A stretch of DNA of 63,771 bases, the filler included, from Reclinomonas americana ATCC 50394 (lineage: Eukaryota), in NCBI GenBank assembly GCA_048213135.1. It is 15 parts of 15 records of this genome, joined end to end, with 100 filler letters (N's around TTAATTAATTAA, not from the genome) between each part and the next. Parts side by side here need not be neighbours in the genome. Positions count along the whole stretch, not along the records: positions 56,840 to 60,832 come from AFZH01020596.1; positions 60,933 to 62,603 come from AFZH01020600.1; positions 62,704 to 63,771 come from AFZH01020604.1; 12 more parts are not named here. One strand, 5' to 3'. The notes beneath the pieces are model-generated. The model saw only the letters and a program-made list of their open reading frames with translations. It ran no database searches and was not told the origin of the DNA. The translations under genes were made by a program, and so were the position numbers. This document shows, piece after piece, positions 57,022-63,771 of the stretch. Every line of letters begins with the position of its first letter. Position 1 is the first letter of the stretch.

Positions 57022-60000
57022 CCATCCTTGCCAAACGTGACCGCCTTGGACATCGGCAACGCAGTGACCAGCACACGCCGACCCACTGCTGCACTCTCGT
57101 CGATCTCCAGCGTAAAACCATTAGCCTCGAAAATCTCGCGATTCTCCATCATGATCAACTCCTCTGCTGCGGTGAGCTCCATGCGCAGCGGCCTAGTATC
57201 AGCAGTGTCAACACGAAAGGTGCGAATGACATTGACAATAGAGAGAGTTGCACGAAACGAAATGAGCCGCTGCGTGTTGATAATCGTGGAGCGCTGGAGT
57301 GTTTCGAAGCGGTACATCTCGTCGGTGGCATGCTGGTCCACGATAAAGAGGTCCTTGTGCAGACGAGCGACAATGAAGCCGAGGTTGAACTGGCCGACAA
57401 CGTGCATACGTCTGTAAAAGAGAAAGAAAAATGGGGCGAGTGAGTGCCAGAGGACGATTGACACGCAATAACTCTTGATGATCTTGGTCTCTTTGCCCCC
57501 TGTTCATCTCTCTGCCACATCCGAGTCCCACTGCACCTAAAATCATCTTTGGAGATGGTTCGTCGCAGCTCCTCCTCGCAGGCATCATTCGAATCCACCG
57601 CCAACTTGTGGCTGAAGAACGGCGCTGTTGCGGTTCCCGCTGACGACGAAGGCATGGCATTCCGTGCTCCCGGTCGCGGAAACGCGGGTCGCACTTGATC
57701 CAACTCGCCCGTGTGCAAGCCGGAACGTCGGAGTTCGGCAAGATCCAGCTTGACGCGCAGTGCACCTGTTGGTGGTGCGCAAACTACAGCAGACAGTGAG
57801 ACGGGAGAGCACGAAAAATTAGAAACACGCAACACCAGGACGCAACACTCTTCATCTGCCGCAGACGGCATCTCCACAAGCTCGTGATAGCTGGTGGCGC
57901 GAACTGGAGCAATGATGAGCGTTCAGGCTTCACTCGCTCACTTTCAAATACAACTGACCACTCACCTTTCTCTTCCTCGTGGACAGCATCGCCCCCTGAA
58001 TGACCACAACAGCCGCCGCCGCCGCCGCCGCCTGCGTGGTGGTGCGGACGCGAGGGTGATGACATGTCGCCGGCCGACTGCACGAAAAAAAGCAGCCTCG
58101 TGAGAGACTGCGAGGAGCGAACGGAGCAGCGCACAACACACCGACGGCTCATCTGTCATCTCCGCCTCGTCGTCATCACCGTCGTCCACGGCCATTCCTT
58201 CCTCTTCGTCAGGCTCCGCCGCCCGACTGCTGGGTTCAGCAGGCAACGCCGCTGACGACAAGGCATCGTCGCCGTCATTTTGTTTCTGCGCAGACACGTA
58301 CGTGAGTCACCCCGATTTACAACGTGCACACACAGACAAACACACACATACGCAGACCTGTGCCACGCGACGAAAAAAGTCGGGTATCTGAACAGTGCCA
58401 GTCGCGGGCGGGTCCTTTCGTTTGCGTGGCGCCGGTGGAGGAGAACTTAGGTTCTGTGATGGCCATCGTAAACGAGAAAAGTGTTGAGCGACTGTCGCAC
58501 ACAGAGCTGAGAGCGGTGCTGTGCGTACGCAACACCAAGCGCCGGCGGTGATGTCAAGGTCGATGCGGTTACGGGAGAGCGATCCGCAGCGAAACTCAGC
58601 AAATTCCTGCATGTCAGCACGCCAGTACGTCACTTTCCACACCGGCAGCAGTGCACACATCCAGTGAAAAGAGAACGCAACTGCACGCGCAGTACGGGCG
58701 CGACTGATGGTCGCTCCTTGCTCGGCGTGATACTGCGAGACGATGAAGGAGAAGGAGGGGGAGGGGAAAGGGGAGAGGAGGAGGAAAAGAGAAGGAGGGG
58801 GAGGGGGAGGGGGAGGGAGGAGGAGTAGGAGAGACGGTGAAAATCAAACAAATGAAGAAGAAACCCAAAAAGACGAAGAGAAACAAGGGAGAAAGAAGCG
58901 GACAAGAAAAAGAAGAGATAAGCATGAGCACCTCAGATTAAGCAGACGACCGCGAAACGGTGCGACGCAACAACGACATGTCAACATCCGCAATCGGCTT
59001 GTGAGTCGATTTCTTCTCTTCAGATGACAGTTCTCCTCGCTCCACTCTCTCGTCCTGGCGCTGCTCCACAGCTTTTTCCCTCACAGGCGGCTCTCCCTCG
59101 TCCTCATCCTCATCTTCGTCCTCGTCGGTGCTGTCTGAATCGGCGACCGACTGCGAGGCCGACGACTGCGACTGCGAGCGCTGCAACGACGACTGCTGCG
59201 ACGAGAGGAACTCGTGCATGGAGGCCTGTACGGCGAACGACTGCTGCGATGGCTGCAGCAGCTTGGCGAGGTGTTCCTGTTCATGAAAAGTAATGCGGTT
59301 CAGACGGCAAGGTGGGAGAGAGGCATCGACAAGCAACCAGTCTGCACCTTTAGCAGGTCAACCAGCTGCGCTTCGTCTTGCAGCAGAACTTGACGCTTGT
59401 CGGGCGTCAAGTTGACATCAAAGGTGGCTACAAAAGTGGGAATGAGGAGAGCGAGAACGCTGGAGCAGACAGTGTCACGTGCAAATGCATACCTGGCGCC
59501 GCCTGGATACCAATGACAAACACCGGCGGTCTCTTCTCACTCAGTGCGCGGTACGACTCGCGAATCGCTTTGGTGATTCGCGGCATCTCCACAGGCCCTG
59601 TGCGAAACAAGAGTGAGTTAACTGACGGATTGCGCGTGCGGGGGGTGAAAGGGACAGCACGAAACGTCCATTCAGGAACAGATATTGACGCTCTGTCGAG
59701 GTCTTGCTGTCGGCGGATGACGTGAGGTCCGACACGAATCCACTCACGCTGCGGAAGAGAGAAGGGGGGACAGGTGGCAAAAGCCAGTGGGTGGATAATG
59801 TCAAGTAATGCACACACAACGAGACAGGCGAGAGAGAGAAGAATCAATTGAATGTCAGTGCGATAAAGAGGAGATGAGAGGAGGATTGGAACACAGCAAG
59901 AAAGAGAGTGAAGGGCACCACCGAACACACCTCCAATGCGCCGCGGAGAAATCCACCGGCAGCAACGACTGCACATGCTTGCGTCCAAACACCTCACAAA

Positions 60001-60499
60001 TGTTCTCGCGCAGCGTTGGCGACCCCTTGGTGCTCAGCACGCACGTCTTGGCGCCCTTGGCGGTGCTGTTCCACAACGAAATGCGCACGCCAGTGGCCAC
60101 AATAGCGTACGCCTGCACTAGCTGCACAGTGCGCATGTACTCGCGCTTGATGTTCTTCGACAGCTCCCGCAAGCGCACCGGCAGCGTCGAAAACAGGCGC
60201 TCCAGCCGCACCGTCGTGCCCACCTGTGCATCGTCACGTAAACACGACGAACCCAATTACGTGTGCGGGCGAGCGTATGAGAGAGACACCCACCTCTCTC
60301 GCAGTCGGCGTCTGCGACACAATGTCACCCTCGTGATCAAACACCAATCGCGTCGCCACACTGTCGACGGCGGTGCGCGTGACTACCGACAAGGACGAGA
60401 GCGCGCACAGCGATGAGAGTGCCTCGCCACGGAATCCAAACGAGCTGACGCTGGCCAGGTCCTCGAATGCTCGGATCTTGGAGGTGCAGTGCTTGGCGG
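57022..60499 (-). CDS. PMS2: MutL-family mismatch-repair endonuclease PMS2 (yeast PMS1); both ends lost in gaps
   Basis: Motifs KHCTSKI..FEDLASVSSFGFRGEALSSLCALS, GTTVRLERLFSTLPVR, RQYLFLNG/RPV and DVNLTPDKR. C-terminal VVGQFNLGFI...LFIVDQHATDEMYRFE carries the DQHA(X)2E(X)4E motif. Confidence 0.93.
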
Positions 60500-60561
60500 C
60501 TGCAAGCGGGAAGAAGGGGGGAGGGAGGGGAAGGGAAAGGGAAGGGAGGGAGAGAGGGAGT

Positions 60562-60832
60562 GAGGAGGAGGAGGAGGAGGAGGAAGGAGGAGGAGGAGGA
60601 GGGAGGAGGAGGAGGAGGAGGAGGAGGAGGAGGAGGAGGAGGAGGAGGAGGAGGAGGAGGAGGAGGAGGAGGAGGAGGAGGAGGAGGAGGAGGAGGAGGA
60701 GGAGGAGGAGGAGGAGGAGGAGGAGGAGGAGGAGGAGGAGGAGGAGGAGGAGGAGGAGGAGGAGGAGGAGGAGGAGGAGGAGGAGGAGGAGGAGGAGGAG
60801 GAGGAGGAGGAGAGGAGGAGGAGGAGGAGGAG
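60562..60832. repeat. (GGA)n trinucleotide microsatellite in a PMS2 intron
   Basis: About 270 bp of nearly pure repeat running into a gap. Confidence 0.95.
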
Positions 60833-60932
60833 NNNNNNNNNNNNNNNNNNNNNNNNNNNNNNNNNNNNNNNNNNNNTTAATTAATTAANNNNNNNNNNNN
60901 NNNNNNNNNNNNNNNNNNNNNNNNNNNNNNNN

Positions 60933-61150
60933 CTCTCTCCTTGACCATTCTCCTCCTTCGATTGACGACATCAAGCCCACCAACAACACTGCAGCAGGAA
61001 TGTTTATAGTGCTTACAAATAACAAGTGACCTAACGGGGCCATCTTGAGCCAGGAGAACTGCACGAGACAAAGAGAGAGAGAGAGAAGCAGAGAGAGAGA
61101 GAAGCAGAGAGAGAGACAGAGAGAAGTGACACACCGACCCTCCACAGAGC
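60933..61150. repeat. Duplicate of the WD40 gene upstream region (matches 62322-62600 and partly 63550-63640)
   Basis: CTCTCTCCTTGACCATTCTCCTCCTTCGATTGACGACATCAAGCCCACCA is identical in the first two copies. GGGGCCATC.TGAGC.AGGAGAA occurs in all three. Confidence 0.85.
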
Positions 61151-61160
61151 CTTCAGTTTT

Positions 61161-62249
61161 CTACAATCGCAGATCTAGACGATCGTCGATAGAGCATCGA
61201 TGAACAACGACCTCGGCATCCTCGACCAAGAAGCAGCGCACCACGATCTCCATCAGACACCGTGTACTCTCTTCGCCCTCTTCTTGCATCTCGTGCACCG
61301 CGTGCAAAGCCAACCGTGTGGCATCGAGTTCCTGGCGGGCGAGGCCAAGCGGCGTGGACCACACACGCACTGTTCTGTCGCCTGCACTCACAATATGCTG
61401 ACCATCGGGAGTGATGGCGACAGACAGCACTGTGTCAGTGTGTCCCTCCAACCGTAGCACTTCTTCGCCAGTCTCCAACGACCACACTCGCACCGTCCTG
61501 TCGTCGCCCCCACTGACCACGCGCTGTCCATTGGGGGTGACGGCAACTGAATACACCGTCTTCGTGTGACCCACAATACGGCGCACCTCTTCTCCACTCG
61601 CCAGTGACCACACGCGCACGGTCTTGTCCCAACTCCCACTCACCACATGCAGACAATCGGGCGTGACGACAACAGAGCTCACTCCTCCGCGGTGACCCTT
61701 AAGCCGTCGCACTTCTTCTCCTGTCGCCATCGACCACACACGCACTGTGAAGTCCTGGAAGAGGCCGCTGCCACTCACAACATGGTAACCATCGGGTGTG
61801 ATGGCGACAGACAGCACCGTGCCTGCATGACCCTCAAACCGTCCCACCTCTCCCGTCACCAGCGACCACACACGCACTGTCGTATCACCGCTGCCGCTGA
61901 CGATGCGCTGTCCGTCGGGAGTGACGGCAACAGACCACACACCGTCAGTGTGTCCCTTCAATCGTCGCACTTCTTCTCCACTCGCCAGTGACCACACACG
62001 CATTGTGCAGTCATCACTTCCACTCACCACAAACTGACCATTAGGAGTGACGGCAACCGATCGCACCACGTCTGTGTGTCCCTCCAAACGCCGCACTTCC
62101 TGTCCACTCCTCATGCACCACACACGCACAGTGTTGTCACGACTGCCACTCACCACGTGCTGGCCGTCGGGAGTGATGGCGACAGACTGTACCCACGAGG
62201 TGTGTCCGCTCCAGCACCTACACACGAAAGACGGGCGAGGCGAGGACAT
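61161..62249 (-). CDS. Intronless 7-bladed WD40 protein with highly similar repeats and a C-terminal ~55-aa module
   Basis: Seven GHTxxVxSVAVTPDGQxxVSGSxDxTVRVW units. Probable start is MSSPRP at 62249, shared with the paralog. Confidence 0.92.
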   Translation of the reverse strand: MSSPRPSFVCRCWSGHTSWVQSVAITPDGQHVVSGSRDNTVRVWCMRSGQEVRRLEGHTDVVRSVAVTPNGQFVVSGSDDCTMRVWSLASGEEVRRLKGHTDGVWSVAVTPDGQRIVSGSGDTTVRVWSLVTGEVGRFEGHAGTVLSVAITPDGYHVVSGSGLFQDFTVRVWSMATGEEVRRLKGHRGGVSSVVVTPDCLHVVSGSWDKTVRVWSLASGEEVRRIVGHTKTVYSVAVTPNGQRVVSGGDDRTVRVWSLETGEEVLRLEGHTDTVLSVAITPDGQHIVSAGDRTVRVWSTPLGLARQELDATRLALHAVHEMQEEGEESTRCLMEIVVRCFLVEDAEVVVHRCSIDDRLDLRL

Positions 62250-62522
62250 GGTGTTTGAGTGCGCGTGCGAAGAGAAGAGGAAAGTGTAAGTTTGGCACAA
62301 AAATTCATCATGGCTGCCTTTGTCTCTCTCCTTGACCATTCTCCTCCTTCGATTGACGACATCAAGCCCACCATCAACGCTGCTGCGTGACTATTTATTG
62401 CTTACAAATAACAGGTGACCTCAAGGGGCCATCCTGAGCCAGGAGAACGGTGCGAGACAAAATAGAGACGGAGAGAAGCAGAGAGGGAAGGAGGGAGGGA
62501 AGGAGGGAGAGAGACGGAGGGA

Positions 62523-62562
<40 letters not shown>

Positions 62563-62703
62563 AGAGACAAGAGGAGAAGCGACACACCGACCCTACAAAC
62601 AAANNNNNNNNNNNNNNNNNNNNNNNNNNNNNNNNNNNNNNNNNNNNTTAATTAATTAANNNNNNNNNNNNNNNNNNNNNNNNNNNNNNNNNNNNNNNNN
62701 NNN

Positions 62704-63434
62704 TGTCGACCATCAGGGGTGACGGCGACAGAGTTCACGCACGAACTGTGACCCACGAACCGTCGCACCTCTTCTCCCGTCAGCAGTGACCACACCCGAA
62801 CAGTCATGTCGTTGCTTCCACTCACCACATGCTGACCATCGGACGTGACGGCAACAGTGTTCACTCCACCGCGGTGACCCTTCACCCGCCGCACTTCTTC
62901 TCCAGTCCCCATCGACCACACACGCACTGTGTCGTCTGTGAAGACGCCGCCGCCACTCACAGCATGCAGACAGTCGGGAGTGACAGCAACACACAGCACC
63001 GTGTCCGTGTGTCCCTCCAGCCGATGCACCTCCTCTCCACTCTCCACTGACCACACTCGCACGGTCCTGTCAGCACTCCCGCTGACAATGCGTTGTCCGT
63101 CGAGAGTGACAGCGACAGAAATCACCCCATAAGTGTGACCCTCCAATCGTCCCACCTCCTCTCCCGTCACCAGCGACCACACACGCACTGTCGTATCAGC
63201 ACTGCCGCTGACGATGTGTTGTGCATCAGGAGTGACAGCGACAGAGACCACCACGTCTGTGTGTCCCCCCAACCGTCGCACCTCCTCCCCACTCCTCATG
63301 CACCACACACGTACAGTCATATCTTCACTGGCACTCACAATGACGTGGCCATCTGGTGTGACGGCGACAGAATTCACCTTGTCGGTGTGTCCATGCAAGC
63401 ACTTGCACACGAAAGGCGGGCGAGGTGAGGACAT
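62704..63434 (-). CDS. Tandem paralogous WD40 protein, 3' end lost in gap
   Basis: MSSPRPPFVCKCLHGHT followed by five or more WD40 repeats of the same type, with no introns. Confidence 0.9.
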
Positions 63435-63673
63435 GGTGGTTGCATGCGCGTGCGAAGAGAAGAAGAGGGTGTGGATTTGGCAAATTTCAAATTCATCATC
63501 ATCTCCGCCTCGCCGTGCCACGGCATGAAACCCAGCAACAAGACTGCTGCATGCAGGAATGTTTACAGTTAACGAGTGAACTCACGGGGCCATCTTGAGC
63601 AAGGAGAATGACACGAGACAAGATAGAGTGAGAGAGACGAAAGAGACAAGATACTGAGAGAGAGAGAGGGAGG

Positions 63674-63677
<4 letters not shown>

Positions 63678-63765
<88 letters not shown>
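63678..63765. repeat. (GA)n microsatellite
   Basis: Pure dinucleotide run at the window end. Confidence 0.95.
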
Positions 63766-63766
<1 letters not shown>

Positions 63767-63771
63767 GACGA

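Noticed and set aside
3366..62703. Recurrent TTAATTAATTAA motif within N runs
   Set aside because: Identical 100-bp artificial gap linker with stops in all six frames; not biological.
1..63771. Alternative genetic code, RNA genes, autonomous transposons or prokaryotic defence systems
   Set aside because: Spliced genes read cleanly in the standard code with TAA, TAG and TGA all used as stops. I recognised no tRNA, rRNA, snRNA, transposase, RT or operon-like features by eye.

Overview
Intron-rich eukaryotic scaffold from a probably flagellated microbial eukaryote (it encodes CFAP54). It is broken by 14 artificial 100-bp gap spacers (N44-TTAATTAATTAA-N44), and several genes continue in order across them. 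The six-frame ORF track is mostly uninformative because the genes are split by many ~55-80 nt introns, so I spliced exons by hand. Genes found: RhoGDI (3' part), M1 aminopeptidase, two tandem secreted-type SAM methyltransferases, a pseudokinase fused to a truncated HECT domain, ATP23-like, DUF1349/ConA-like, an E2(UBC)-like protein, an Asp/Asn beta-hydroxylase-like protein, CFAP54, two giant tandem LRR/Cys-rich single-pass receptors, PMS2, and a tandem array of intronless WD40 genes. The strongest signal is in the splicing code. Most donors that follow a non-G exon end read GTTGCGT/GTTTCGT/GTTGAGT, so the conserved intronic G sits at +6 instead of +5 (a one-base-shifted donor). Donors after an exonic G are almost all conventional (GTGAGT/GTGCGT). 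A second candidate novelty is a ~50-aa C-terminal module shared by the unrelated UBC-like and WD40 proteins. All intron counts are manual and need RNA-seq confirmation.
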